A stretch of 64,000 bases of DNA from an uncultured Candidatus Saccharibacteria bacterium (GCA_964459635.1 CAYWMQ010000002.1:6776-70775), one strand, 5' to 3'; counted from the first letter of the stretch, positions 1-9,479 are shown. Translations and numbers: made by a program. Notes: generated from the sequence alone by a model not told the origin.

Positions 1-1060
1 TCGGATCAAAACTTGTGGTAAAGGCGTTCTCAACAGTGATCTCTCCCGCGCGAATGAGCTCTGTGAGCGATGCATTCATACTTATCATACCGTCCTGTGA
101 GCCGGTCTCGATCATGGTATTTATCTCGTGGGTACGTCTCTCGCGAATCATGTTGGCAACAGCTTTCGTGTTCACGAGAAGCTCGTACGCGGGCACAAGG
201 CCGCCTGCAATACGGGGAACCAGACGCATCGAGAATATGCCTGCAAGCGAACTTGCGAGCTGCACACGTATCTGATCTTGCTGGTAGCCGGGGAACGAGT
301 CAATGATACGGTCGATGGTCTGGGCCGCGTTATTGGTATGAAGTGTTGAAAATACGAGGTGGCCCGTTTCTGCGGCGGTCACCGCTGCGCCTATTGTTTC
401 GTTGCCACGCATCTCTCCAAGCATAATGACGTCAACGTCCTGACGAAAAGCACTGATAAGTGCGCTTTGGAAGTCCGCCGTGTCCAAGCGCACCTCTCGC
501 TGGTCGATGAGGCACTGTTTCGGGGTGAAAATGTACTCGATCGGATCCTCGATAGTCACAATATGCTCGGCGCGCGTTTGATTGATGTGTTCCACGAGTG
601 TGGCGAGCGTGGTGGACTTTCCCTGCCCCACAGGACCAACCACAAGGAAGAATCCCTGGTTGCGGTTGGCAAATTCAATAAGCTGCGGCGGTAGGCCGAG
701 CTCTTCAAGGGTCAAGATCTGATTGGGTATAAGGCGCATGGCGACCGATACCGCACCACGTTGGATAGAACCGTTGCCGCGAAAGCGAGCTTTTTTTGCG
801 GCATTATAGTAGCTGAAATCTATCTCTTGTGTCTCATCGAAACGCTTACGCTGTTCGGGGTTCAACATGAGCGCAAGCAGCGTGGCTGTCTCCTCCGGCG
901 TGAATTCGGGGTATTGGGTGAGAGGAATAAGCGAGCCCGATACGCGAATCATCGGCTTGTAGTACGCGTTGATGTGCAAGTCGCTCGCACGCTCATCCAT
1001 GAGAATTTGCACGAGCTCGTCCAGAAACTGTGCCTTCGCTGTGTGTTTCGCTTCTGTCAT
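1..1060 (-). CDS. pilT: Type IV pilus retraction ATPase PilT (3' end of gene runs off the window)
   Basis: Hand reverse translation gives MTEAKHTAKAQF...GPVGQGKSTTL...ETGHLVFSTLHTNNAAQTIDRIIDSF: Walker A, Asp box and His box of PilT/GspE-family ATPases. No minus-strand ORF is listed because the gene is truncated by the window edge. Confidence 0.8.
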   Translation of the reverse strand, partial: MTEAKHTAKAQFLDELVQILMDERASDLHINAYYKPMIRVSGSLIPLTQYPEFTPEETATLLALMLNPEQRKRFDETQEIDFSYYNAAKKARFRGNGSIQRGAVSVAMRLIPNQILTLEELGLPPQLIEFANRNQGFFLVVGPVGQGKSTTLATLVEHINQTRAEHIVTIEDPIEYIFTPKQCLIDQREVRLDTADFQSALISAFRQDVDVIMLGEMRGNETIGAAVTAAETGHLVFSTLHTNNAAQTIDRIIDSFPGYQQDQIRVQLASSLAGIFSMRLVPRIAGGLVPAYELLVNTKAVANMIRERRTHEINTMIETGSQDGMISMNASLTELIRAGEITVENAFTTSFDP

Positions 1061-1072
1061 ATAGCAACTCAC

Positions 1073-1480
1073 TTAACGCTGTTTATTGCGTATTGCGGCG
1101 AGCACGTTAGTGAGCACCTCCGAAGGCACCGTGCTCGCTTTGATAAGGTATGCATCCACACTATACTGACGCGCCGCTTCCATATCACCGTCCTGGCTCT
1201 GATTGGACAGCACAACAAGTACTGTCTTCTCACCCACAAGCGCTTCACTGCGTATTGCAGCAAGCAGTTCCAAACCATTCATGCCGGGCATGACAAGGTC
1301 AAGCAGCACGGCATCCGGCTTCGCTCCCCCTTTCAAATGTTCCAGGAGCGCCTTGCTTTCAGTAAAGCCTTGCACGTCGCAGCCGGCTTCTTTGAACTTG
1401 AGCATATACATGTCAAGCAAAAACTGGTCGTCGTCGACGATGCACACGGTATAGTTATTCTCTTTTGGTGATACGGACAT
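1073..1480 (-). CDS. Response regulator receiver-domain protein (CheY/PilH-like, no output domain)
   Basis: 135 aa; IVDDD...LLDLVMPGMNGLELL...K motif pattern of REC domains; sits inside the pilus cluster. Confidence 0.7.
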   Translation of the reverse strand: MSVSPKENNYTVCIVDDDQFLLDMYMLKFKEAGCDVQGFTESKALLEHLKGGAKPDAVLLDLVMPGMNGLELLAAIRSEALVGEKTVLVVLSNQSQDGDMEAARQYSVDAYLIKASTVPSEVLTNVLAAIRNKQR

Positions 1481-1507
1481 GTCTTAGGAAACAAACGTAT
1501 AGCAACA

Positions 1508-3433
1508 TTATACCAAGTCGCGCCTAATGAGACTATCTGGCTCCTGTGGGGAAGGTACTTCTTCCGCAACCACTTCAACGACCGGCGCTACGGACGTGTC
1601 AGGCTCCGCAAAATCAGCTCCGCCGAGCGCACCGATCTCTTCATACGGCACTACGGCTTTATACGCTTTACGGATGGCATCTTCTTTCATGGTCAGCATG
1701 CCATTCTTCCGTGCTATCTGGTACACCTTTGCCTCGTCTGCGCTTTCCAGTATGGCTTGCTCCAAGACTTGATCCACGGACAACATTTCGTATACACCGA
1801 CGCGGCCGCGTGTTCCCGTAGGACACGTGGGGGAAGGCTGTATGCCCATAAATTGCTCACCGCGCGGCAGCTTTGCCCTATGCTCGGGAGGCAAGTCGGC
1901 AAACTGCGCCGTGAGCATTTGCGCCACAGCGCCCGTGATCGGAATGGGTTTGCCTGACCCCTCGGGGAGCCGACGCACAAGGCGCTGCGCTATCACAAGC
2001 TCAAGCGTGGGTGCAATAAGGTATGGGTCAACACCCATGTCTATGAGGCGCGGAATGGCACCCGCAGCATTGTTTGTGTGAAGTGTCGAAAGCACGAGGT
2101 GCCCCGTAAGCGCCGCCTGCACGGCAAGCTGTGCGGTTTCTTTGTCGCGTATTTCACCGACCATGATGATGTCCGGGTCCTGCCGCAGCACGCTGCGGAG
2201 GCCCGATGCGAAGGTGTACCCTATTTCGGGACGTACTTGGCTTTGACTCACCCCGGCCATGTTGTACTCCACCGGATCCTCCAGCGACAAGACGTTCTGC
2301 GTGTCCTTATCCACTTCGTTCAGCATTGCATAGAGCGTAGTCGATTTACCTGAGCCGGTCGGACCTGTGATAAGTATGAGGCCGTAGGGAGCCTTGATGG
2401 CATTACGTACCATGGCGAGGTGATCCTCCTCCATCCCAAGCTGCGACAGCGAGACAATGCCGTTTTCCGAGTCCAGAATACGCATCACGACCTTTTCACC
2501 GAAATGTGTTGGAAATGTGGAAACGCGAAAATCAATCTTTCGGCCACCTATGGTTGCGGAAAAGCGACCATCTTGCGGCTTGCGCCGCTCATCCAGCTTT
2601 ATCCCTGCGAGGATCTTCACACGCGCGGCAACAGCCCGCTGCACCTTCGGTGGCAACACGATAGAGGTATGAAGGACGCCATCCACACGAAATCGTACGC
2701 GGACACGCTCACGCTCCGGCTCAATGTGAATGTCCGATGCCCGGCCCTCCACCGCGCTTCGTAGAACCGTTGCAACGATCTTCGTGACAGGTGCTTCCTC
2801 GTGCAGATCAGAGTCTTTACTAGCCCGCTTTACCGTCTCATCCAAGTCATCACCGCCTCCGGCCCCTGTTGAGAGGTCGAAGCTGGTAGTGACTGTCTCT
2901 TCCTGTGCCGTGCCACCCAGCTCCTCAAGAGCCTTACCCACTTCACCTGAAAGGCCTTGGTACAGGGACATGACCTTCCGATAATCGCCGGGGGAAATGA
3001 GAAATACCTTGAACGGAATGTTCTTCTTTGCTGAGATGAAGTTGAGAGCATCAAGCGCCTCTATGTTGTCCGGGTCAACAATACCCACCTCCAAAGCTCC
3101 ATCCACCACCGCAATAGGCACCACCTGGTAGTGCACAGCGGACTCCTCGGGAATATACTCAAGCGTGGAAAAGGGTACAGTTACGCCCTCAAGACTGCGT
3201 GTGGGTATCTCCCAGTGCTCCCCCTTTGCGGCGAGAATGTCACGTGCTGAAACACCATGCTCTGACAGCACTTCATCCAGAGGTCGCCCGCTTGATGCCA
3301 CCTCTTCGTTTATGGTACTCACATCCTTCTCTTCGAGGAGCCCTTTTTGTACTAGTAGCGGAAGTAAGTCAATCACAGGCGTATGTGTTAACGCCTCGTG
3401 TGCTCGGGCAAGTGCGACTGTGCACGACAACAC
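1508..3433 (-). CDS. pilB: Type IV pilus assembly ATPase PilB (GspE family)
   Basis: 641 aa; GPTGSGKSTTLYAML Walker A, DPVEY, GEIRD, TGHLVLSTLHTNNA motifs; N-terminal GSPII_E-like region. Confidence 0.85.
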   Translation of the reverse strand: MLSCTVALARAHEALTHTPVIDLLPLLVQKGLLEEKDVSTINEEVASSGRPLDEVLSEHGVSARDILAAKGEHWEIPTRSLEGVTVPFSTLEYIPEESAVHYQVVPIAVVDGALEVGIVDPDNIEALDALNFISAKKNIPFKVFLISPGDYRKVMSLYQGLSGEVGKALEELGGTAQEETVTTSFDLSTGAGGGDDLDETVKRASKDSDLHEEAPVTKIVATVLRSAVEGRASDIHIEPERERVRVRFRVDGVLHTSIVLPPKVQRAVAARVKILAGIKLDERRKPQDGRFSATIGGRKIDFRVSTFPTHFGEKVVMRILDSENGIVSLSQLGMEEDHLAMVRNAIKAPYGLILITGPTGSGKSTTLYAMLNEVDKDTQNVLSLEDPVEYNMAGVSQSQVRPEIGYTFASGLRSVLRQDPDIIMVGEIRDKETAQLAVQAALTGHLVLSTLHTNNAAGAIPRLIDMGVDPYLIAPTLELVIAQRLVRRLPEGSGKPIPITGAVAQMLTAQFADLPPEHRAKLPRGEQFMGIQPSPTCPTGTRGRVGVYEMLSVDQVLEQAILESADEAKVYQIARKNGMLTMKEDAIRKAYKAVVPYEEIGALGGADFAEPDTSVAPVVEVVAEEVPSPQEPDSLIRRDLV

Positions 3434-3435
3434 TC

Positions 3436-3750
3436 CTACCGGCCCACGAGTGGTGCAAACGGGTCAGGCCTTCCCAGCACAGGCTGTTCGAGCGGCTTGC
3501 TGTGGTCTTGAAGCGCCTTGTACGTTTCATGCGCGAATAGCTGCTCATCCAGCTGTACCCTGCTTAAGCGGTCAAGCTGCATCAGCAGCTCCGTTTCTAT
3601 CTCCTGCGTAGAAGCTGCAATGGAAGCGGCGTCATTCTTTCCGCCGCCCACGACATCAACACCGGTACTTACCACGTACACGAGATACAACAATACAAGA
3701 CCCAGCAAGCCGAGCAATATGGGTTTGAATTTGGACAGCGTACTGAGCAT
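3436..3750 (-). CDS. Small single-TM protein, possible PilP-like pilus assembly component
   Basis: 104 aa with an N-terminal hydrophobic helix; position downstream of the pilM/N/O-like genes. Confidence 0.35.
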   Translation of the reverse strand: MLSTLSKFKPILLGLLGLVLLYLVYVVSTGVDVVGGGKNDAASIAASTQEIETELLMQLDRLSRVQLDEQLFAHETYKALQDHSKPLEQPVLGRPDPFAPLVGR

Positions 3751-3761
3751 GGTGAGATGTG

Positions 3762-4319
3762 TTAGCGAAGCCAGTATGTTTGGAGCGACACGTTAAACTG
3801 GTGTGTACCGGTGGACTGGCCGGCCTCGGACCCTGCGGTAATGTGGACCGAACGTACATCCAAGAGGCGGAGACTGCGCTCAAGGTCATACAAGAAAGCG
3901 CTGAAGTCTGCGTACGTGCCCGATGTGACAAAGGTGATCTCGGCAACTCCGACCGGACCCTGCGGCACCTCTTGTGTGGCGCCGCCGACATCGTCGACGG
4001 ATACGGGGAACGCGAAGTTCTTTATGCGCATACCGTACCGTGACGCGACATTGTCGATATCTATGATAAGGCGTACGTTGTCGACGGAATCGGGCAACAG
4101 CTTTTTTAGGCGAGCCAGATCGGCATCAGCAATGGAACTGTACCGCTGTAAAAGTGCCTCGCGCACTTCCGTAAGCTCCTTGGAGCGGGTGAGCGCGTTG
4201 TCCAACCGTGCATCAAGCGCCCTGAGCGCCTGCAGCTGCTTATATGCAGGGTCGATGTACGTGAAGAACAACCCTACGGCAACAACGATAAAGAAAAATG
4301 GTGCGATGACTTTGCTCAT
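3762..4319 (-). CDS. PilO-like pilus assembly protein
   Basis: 185 aa; N-terminal TM helix followed by a coiled-coil-like region; gene order M-N-O. Confidence 0.45.
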   Translation of the reverse strand: MSKVIAPFFFIVVAVGLFFTYIDPAYKQLQALRALDARLDNALTRSKELTEVREALLQRYSSIADADLARLKKLLPDSVDNVRLIIDIDNVASRYGMRIKNFAFPVSVDDVGGATQEVPQGPVGVAEITFVTSGTYADFSAFLYDLERSLRLLDVRSVHITAGSEAGQSTGTHQFNVSLQTYWLR

Positions 4320-4322
4320 ATG

Positions 4323-5099
4323 TTACCTGCGGCCTGCACTACTTGTAGCGGAAGATGTCGCGGTACTGGTGGAAGAGACAGCGGCGGGGGCCGGTGCTGC
4401 GGGGCGGGGGCGGGCCGCCGCACCGATGGTCCGGTCAAAACGAAGGATACGCGGCTCAAGACTCATGGATGCGCTAAACACTGCCTGATCCGTCTCGGAT
4501 ACGTTGAGGTTTGAAAAAAGCGGTTCACGCACAAGTTCATGCGACGAAAATACGTCGCTTTGCTGGGCAACGCTCTTAAAGTCGGGCGCGGTACCCTGAA
4601 GCGAAAGGAGTACTTGCTTCTCCGGCACATCGGTGGGAGCGTTGCGGTACCGCAGGGACAGATAGCGCACACTACGTGTGGTGTTCTGCTCAAGGAATCG
4701 CAATACTTCCGAAGGAGCAACGTGCGTTTCAAGAAGACGCTTAGCCGAGGTCATGCGGTCATCAAGACGCACCAGCTCTTCAATGAGCGCAGGCTGGAAC
4801 GCGTCACGATTTGCCTTTAGTTGTGCGATCTTGTCACTTATGGCACCGGTGATGTACTGCGTGTACAAAAAGAGGCCTGCTGAAACCAAGCAAGCGATAA
4901 AGAACAAGAGAAACGTCCCGTAGAATCCGGGCCCACGTGTCGACCGGCGAGCAACGTACTCGTGTACCGCCGGGCCCGGGGCCGCGCTCTGAAGCGACTG
5001 CTTCGGAATGAATGAGGTGTTGAACTTGGGCTCCATGTGATGCGTGTGGCGCAAACGTACCTCAAGTATACGGCACGGTGCGTTCAAGAAGCGAAACAC
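4323..5099 (-). CDS. PilN-like pilus assembly protein (the start may be the internal Met near 5036)
   Basis: 258-aa ORF; TM segment FLLFFIACLVSAGLFLY followed by a coiled coil; immediately downstream of pilM. Confidence 0.45.
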   Translation of the reverse strand: MFRFLNAPCRILEVRLRHTHHMEPKFNTSFIPKQSLQSAAPGPAVHEYVARRSTRGPGFYGTFLLFFIACLVSAGLFLYTQYITGAISDKIAQLKANRDAFQPALIEELVRLDDRMTSAKRLLETHVAPSEVLRFLEQNTTRSVRYLSLRYRNAPTDVPEKQVLLSLQGTAPDFKSVAQQSDVFSSHELVREPLFSNLNVSETDQAVFSASMSLEPRILRFDRTIGAAARPRPAAPAPAAVSSTSTATSSATSSAGRR

Positions 5100-5128
5100 T
5101 TATCCACCGACTCGTGATGGCGACCGTA

Positions 5129-6277
5129 CTACAGCCCGCGCAACGCAAGACCCGTCGCTACCGCAAAATCCGGCCCGGCTTCCTTAAGTACGTGCTCCAA
5201 GAATGCCGGGGTCTGCGTATGTGCGAACGGATCGGCGAGCTCGACCTCAAGCTCAAGCTGCGCCTGCACGAATTCGCGCACGCCTTTCATGGTGCTGCCG
5301 CCTCCTGTGAGGATGACCTTTGAAATGACCTTGTTGTGCGTTTTCTGGAAGTTTAGGAGCACTCGCCGGGCTTCTATCATTATGTGTTCCATGCTAAGCG
5401 TGGCCGCGTGCGAGACCATGGCAGAACGGCTCTGTTCGCTCAGACCCGTAACGAGGCCGTTCGCACGCTTCATTTCCTCAGCCTTTCCTACCGACAGGTG
5501 GCTTGAGTTGGCGAGTGCGAGTGTAATGTCCTGCGAGCCTTTGGATATCACGTGCGACGCAAGCACGATACCGAGACCGACCACGTACACCTTGCTCGTG
5601 GCTGCGCCGATGTCGATGATGGCAACGGGAGCCAGGCCGCGCTCGACGGTGCTGCGAATGGTGGAAAATATCTCTATCTCGTAGAAACTCGGAGCGAGAC
5701 CCGCAAGCTTAAGCGTATCGCTGTACTTCCGCAGGACTTCATTGTGAATGGCAACCACGAGTACGAGCTTTTTTTGGAGCGGCTGCTCTGCAGCTTCGCT
5801 CACCGACTGCGCCCCCTCAAAGAATTTCTGCTCGGATTCGGGCACAATAAAGTAATCAAGCTGCACCTCGGCGATAGGCACAGGGATATACTTGCGCGCC
5901 TCGATAGGTATCATTTGCGCAAGCTTTTGAGCCGAAACGGGCGGCATTTCGATAAGCTTCACAAGGCTTGCCGCAAACGGCACCGACGCGCCACAGCGTG
6001 TGGTGGTGACATTTGCCTCCTTCATGAGGCTCTTGAGCGCCTCGGCGAGCTTCTCGGGCGGAAGGTTGGTCGCCCGCCCCACCTCAAGGTCGTTGTACGG
6101 ACCGAGCGCTATCTCTCCATACGTCTCAAGCACGGCTACGCCCTTTTCATTGCGTACCTGTACGAGCTTAATGGCGGATGTGCCTATGTCGATGCCCAGC
6201 ATACTTGTGCTGCTCGCGGAAAGTATCTTACTCTGGAGTAGCTGTTTTGCTTGATCAAAGATCGACATACGTTCCAT
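5129..6277 (-). CDS. pilM: Type IV pilus assembly protein PilM (actin-like ATPase)
   Basis: LGIDIGTSAIKLVQV actin/FtsA-like N-terminus; the start was moved to the MERMSIFDQ Met at 6277. Confidence 0.75.
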   Translation of the reverse strand: MERMSIFDQAKQLLQSKILSASSTSMLGIDIGTSAIKLVQVRNEKGVAVLETYGEIALGPYNDLEVGRATNLPPEKLAEALKSLMKEANVTTTRCGASVPFAASLVKLIEMPPVSAQKLAQMIPIEARKYIPVPIAEVQLDYFIVPESEQKFFEGAQSVSEAAEQPLQKKLVLVVAIHNEVLRKYSDTLKLAGLAPSFYEIEIFSTIRSTVERGLAPVAIIDIGAATSKVYVVGLGIVLASHVISKGSQDITLALANSSHLSVGKAEEMKRANGLVTGLSEQSRSAMVSHAATLSMEHIMIEARRVLLNFQKTHNKVISKVILTGGGSTMKGVREFVQAQLELEVELADPFAHTQTPAFLEHVLKEAGPDFAVATGLALRGL

Positions 6278-6327
6278 AAGTATACCACTTGTGTCGCGGA
6301 GTACAGCACTCGGGGTACACTGGAAGT

Positions 6328-6978
6328 ATGTATAAGTGGGCGACCCTGCTTCTCGAGGTGCTATTTCCCCTTCGCGGCGACGACGCGCTCCTCCTGCGCG
6401 TAGAGCCGCACGTGCTTGAGCGCGCCGCACTCACGCGGAATACTGTCGGCATTGCACGCGCACTTGCACCGCTACCGTACACCCACAAGCTGGTGTCATG
6501 CGCGGTACGCGCGGCAAAGTATCGCAACCACGAGCGGGCCGCATGGCTCTTAGGTACGGCTATAGCGCCCTTTGTGGGTGAGGAGATCGCGGACAAACGC
6601 AACTTTGGCACATTTTACGAAGCTCTCGTGGTTCCAATACCGCTCCATAAGAAACGTCGCAGAGAGCGCGGGTACAATCAAGCCGAGCGTATTGCACAGG
6701 CCGTTGTGGATGCTCTGCCGGAAAGCGGGCTCCTGCTCGCGCCCCAGGTGCTCGTGCGAACGCGCAATACCCCATCACAGGTACGCATACAGAAGCGCAA
6801 GGAACGGCTTGCAAACGTACGAGGTGCGTTTGCGGTGCCGGACCCGGCAGGCGTGCACGGTAGAGATATTATTGTGCTCGACGATGTGACCACCACGGGC
6901 GCGACCCTTGCCGGTGCGGCGCAGGCGTTGAAAAAGGCCGGGGCACGTGAAGTGCTTTGCGTGGCAGCGGCACATTGA
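6328..6978 (+). CDS. comFC: ComF-family phosphoribosyltransferase-domain competence protein
   Basis: C-terminal IIVLDDVTTTGATL PRTase motif; the N-terminal region is typical of ComFC. The start was placed at MYKWATLL, which has an upstream GGAAG. Confidence 0.7.
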   Translation: MYKWATLLLEVLFPLRGDDALLLRVEPHVLERAALTRNTVGIARALAPLPYTHKLVSCAVRAAKYRNHERAAWLLGTAIAPFVGEEIADKRNFGTFYEALVVPIPLHKKRRRERGYNQAERIAQAVVDALPESGLLLAPQVLVRTRNTPSQVRIQKRKERLANVRGAFAVPDPAGVHGRDIIVLDDVTTTGATLAGAAQALKKAGAREVLCVAAAH

Positions 6979-7086
6979 CGGACACGATACCAATCTGCGA
7001 ATGATACGAATGCAACGAATGTACTACGCGTTACGCGACTCGAACCCGCAACAAGCAGCGGAGTTGGCCAAGCTAGGGTGTGCAGC

Positions 7087-7359
7087 TCACTCGTACACTT
7101 CTTTGCGATGTTTTATGCGCAGCACGGTAAGGACGTGGACGACCTTACCGTGCTCAAACTCAAAAATAGCGCGATACTCTCCCACTCGATACCGATACAA
7201 ACCCGTAAGCGGTCCTGTAAGCGCTTTTGCTCGCGCGAGCGGGTCGGGCATGCTGCTGTTCTCCTTCACCTTCAACACAATGCGGCGTGCAAGCGGCTTG
7301 TCGAGCGCAAGCAAATCTTTACGTGCATGCGCCGTATAGAACAACGCGGTGGTAGCCAT
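7087..7359 (-). CDS. RelE/ParE-family type II toxin
   Basis: 90 aa; fold-typical RelE/ParE sequence; 6 bp downstream of the antitoxin gene. Confidence 0.6.
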   Translation of the reverse strand: MATTALFYTAHARKDLLALDKPLARRIVLKVKENSSMPDPLARAKALTGPLTGLYRYRVGEYRAIFEFEHGKVVHVLTVLRIKHRKEVYE

Positions 7360-7365
7360 ATATAC

Positions 7366-7608
7366 TCAGGAAAGCTCCGCAAGAATATCATCATGCGTGT
7401 AAAGCTTACCCTCACGTATGTCCCGTTTTGCGGCAAGTATGTCGCTGAAGAGCGTATCGAGCGTTACGTCCTCAGCAAAAGGGGTCAGCTCGAAAAGCGG
7501 CTTGTTGCGGTTGACTACGATATACCGCGCGTTCTTTTTCCGCGCGCGAGTCACGTAATCGGATATGTTGGCGCGAAAATCCTTAATGCCGACAAACTTT
7601 GTGTTCAT
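7366..7608 (-). CDS. Phd/YefM-family antitoxin
   Basis: 80 aa; Phd/YefM-like N-terminus (FVGIKDFRANISDYV...); operon partner of the RelE-like gene. Confidence 0.6.
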   Translation of the reverse strand: MNTKFVGIKDFRANISDYVTRARKKNARYIVVNRNKPLFELTPFAEDVTLDTLFSDILAAKRDIREGKLYTHDDILAELS

Positions 7609-7778
7609 ACCTGAAGTGTACCAGAAGTGTACACTTTGTCAACGACACGCAAACCTCCCCACATACTTCCCTTCGCGAACAAGGCAGCGCTGCAGCACAG
7701 CCACCATCAGTTGGGGTGAGAAAATGGGGAAAGTATGGTACAGTAGCTCCGTTCGGAGTTGTGAATTGCAGTGTTCTC

Positions 7779-7994
7779 GGGTTGCACCTTGCCCCAAGCT
7801 TCGCAAGGAGCACGGCATGAACAGATCAAGGTACGTGTAGGCATTCGGGACAAGTAGGACATTGGACGAAAGTGAATATTGGAGGGTTGCACCTTGCCCC
7901 AAGCTTCGCAAGGAGCACGGCATGAACAGATCAAGGTACGTGTAGGCATTCGGGACAAGTAGGACATTGGACGAAAGTGAATATTGGAGGGTTG
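7779..7994. repeat. Perfect tandem duplication, 2 x 105 bp, ending inside the 5' end of tRNA-Ser
   Basis: The unit beginning caccttgccccaagcttcgcaagg... is repeated at 7785 and 7890 (period 105) with identical copies. A 6-bp GGGTTG microhomology sits at the junctions. Confidence 0.85.
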
Positions 7995-8074
7995 GCCGAG
8001 TGGTCGAAGGCGCATCACTGCTAACGATGTAGGGGGTAAAACCCCTCAAGGGTTCGAATCCCTTACCCTCCGCC
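7986..8074 (+). tRNA. tRNA-Ser (anticodon GCT), class II with long variable arm
   Basis: Hand-folded: acceptor GGAGGGT/ACCCTCC, anticodon loop CTGCTAA, GGGGG-TAAAA-CCCC variable arm, T-loop TTCGAAT. Very similar in outline to E. coli tRNA-Ser(GCU). Confidence 0.85.
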
Positions 8075-8324
8075 TTCGGTCCGCCGAAGCAGACCTATGG
8101 CGTGACGAAGTCCGCCGGAAGGTGTGCGTAGGCGACCTTCGCCTCGCTGAAGCGTGGCTACGGCGTGACGAAGTCCACAAGGAGCTAGGCGAAAGCGGGG
8201 TTCGCTTGCGTAGACCTTCGCTGTGGCAGAGTCCGCAGAAACCGAGCGAGCGAAGGTGACCAGTGAGATGCCCTTACCGTCCACACAAACGTGTGCAGAA
8301 AAATACCATCAGCTGTTGACTGTG

Positions 8325-8333
8325 TGGTATAAT
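8325..8333 (+). promoter_or_regulatory. Extended -10 promoter element TGgTATAAT
   Basis: Perfect extended -10 about 100 nt upstream of the first island ORF. The nearby TTGACT is too close to serve as the -35. Confidence 0.4.
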
Positions 8334-8439
8334 AGGGAAGGTTCAGCTCGAATGTCCTCTTTCAAATGGGCATCCACCAGATTTTAGGAAGTGGCTCCGA
8401 AGCCTCCAGGGAGGGGTTAACACCTTCCAAAGAGATGTC

Positions 8440-8895
8440 ATGACATCTCCAGTACCGGCCGGTACGCCCACTGGGTTCTTCCTACACTTCTCACGATGCC
8501 CACTTGAGCGCGGGGATTCATGCCGCGACCTATGCAGAACAGAAGAATGGTCAACTTGCACTTGTAACAAGCAATGCAACATGAACAGTGAAAAACCCTC
8601 TAATGAGTCGGAAAAAGAAATTGCGGAAGATGCGTTAGATATGTTACCGCCGATGCTTGAGCATAAGGGAGGAACATATTCAGAAACGGTGGCATTGCTG
8701 GAGAATGGCGAATTTGACCCTATCAATCGAACGGATGGCAGTCCACGTTACCTGATGTTCTACACTCCGCAAGAGCTGTACAAGCTTGCGTATGCCGTCG
8801 AACAAAAGTATCCAGAATATCATTTTACGTTTGAGACTGATCCATACGGGCAGTGGATGAAGTACACTGTTACGCGTGAAGCAAGTAAAAATTAG
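8440..8895 (+). CDS. Hypothetical protein, first gene of the low-GC island (alternative start at 8581, MNSEK)
   Basis: ORF with AT-richer codon usage from about 8570 onward; no recognizable family. Confidence 0.4.
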   Translation: MTSPVPAGTPTGFFLHFSRCPLERGDSCRDLCRTEEWSTCTCNKQCNMNSEKPSNESEKEIAEDALDMLPPMLEHKGGTYSETVALLENGEFDPINRTDGSPRYLMFYTPQELYKLAYAVEQKYPEYHFTFETDPYGQWMKYTVTREASKN

Positions 8896-8960
8896 AAGCT
8901 AGTTATGAAGCGTATGCGCTACTTATTTATTGTCGTGTTACTCGCCCTCGTGGGTGCCGT

Positions 8961-9479
8961 ATGAGTATCGAACAACCAAATACACAACCGCAAACCGAGA
9001 GCCTTGAAGAAAAGCTGAAGGATAGCAAAGTACGAGACGAAAACGGCAATTTGCTCATAGTGTACCACTTCTCCGACCAGGATTTTGATAATTTTTCTTT
9101 GGATCATGTTGGGCAAAACTTCGATGGAGACAAGGGGTTCTTTGGCGCGGGCGTCTATTTTACAGGGTTTGCTGATGCTTCTGCATACGGCTCAAAGAGG
9201 TATGCTGCATATCTTAATCTAAGAAACCCACTCATCTTGCATAATCCCAGCCTCGAAGACATTCAGAAGTTGCACGGCAAGAGAGAAGCGCTCCTTGCTG
9301 AGGGATATGACGGCGTTATGGTGTGGAGCGACGCTCTAGAAGGAAAAACGGTCGCCACTGGAAAGCTGCGAGCCACTGTGCCGCCACGGCCAGCGGGGTG
9401 GAGCGAAATATGCGTACTAAACACAGGAGATATTTACCCTCTCAGGAAGGAGGAGGTGCGGTCCACATCACAGGAATAG
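8961..9479 (+). CDS. Putative H-Y-E class (PARP-like) ADP-ribosyltransferase domain protein
   Basis: 172 aa. The patterns LLIVYHFS, GFFGAGVYFTGFADASAYGS and a downstream SEICVL line up with the PARP catalytic H-G-S / G-x-G-I-Y-F-A / Y-E motifs. AT-richer than the surrounding genome. Confidence 0.45.
   Translation: MSIEQPNTQPQTESLEEKLKDSKVRDENGNLLIVYHFSDQDFDNFSLDHVGQNFDGDKGFFGAGVYFTGFADASAYGSKRYAAYLNLRNPLILHNPSLEDIQKLHGKREALLAEGYDGVMVWSDALEGKTVATGKLRATVPPRPAGWSEICVLNTGDIYPLRKEEVRSTSQE

Noticed and set aside
359-1471. Plus-strand ORFs 359..694 and 761..1471
   Set aside because: They are antisense to pilT, whose reverse translation gives clear PilT motifs. They are Arg/His/Cys-rich, which is typical of spurious frames in high-GC DNA.
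7036-7080. Possible tRNA gene on the minus strand (T-arm-like GGGTTCGAGTC)
   Set aside because: I could not fold an acceptor stem, anticodon arm or complementary T-stem. It is kept only as a possible remnant.
7779-8340. CRISPR array or integrase attachment sites around tRNA-Ser
   Set aside because: The 105-bp units are contiguous with no spacers. There is no cas gene or integrase in the window. I found no downstream direct repeat of the tRNA 3' end. The GACGAAGTCC-containing region 8075..8300 is repetitive but not arrayed.
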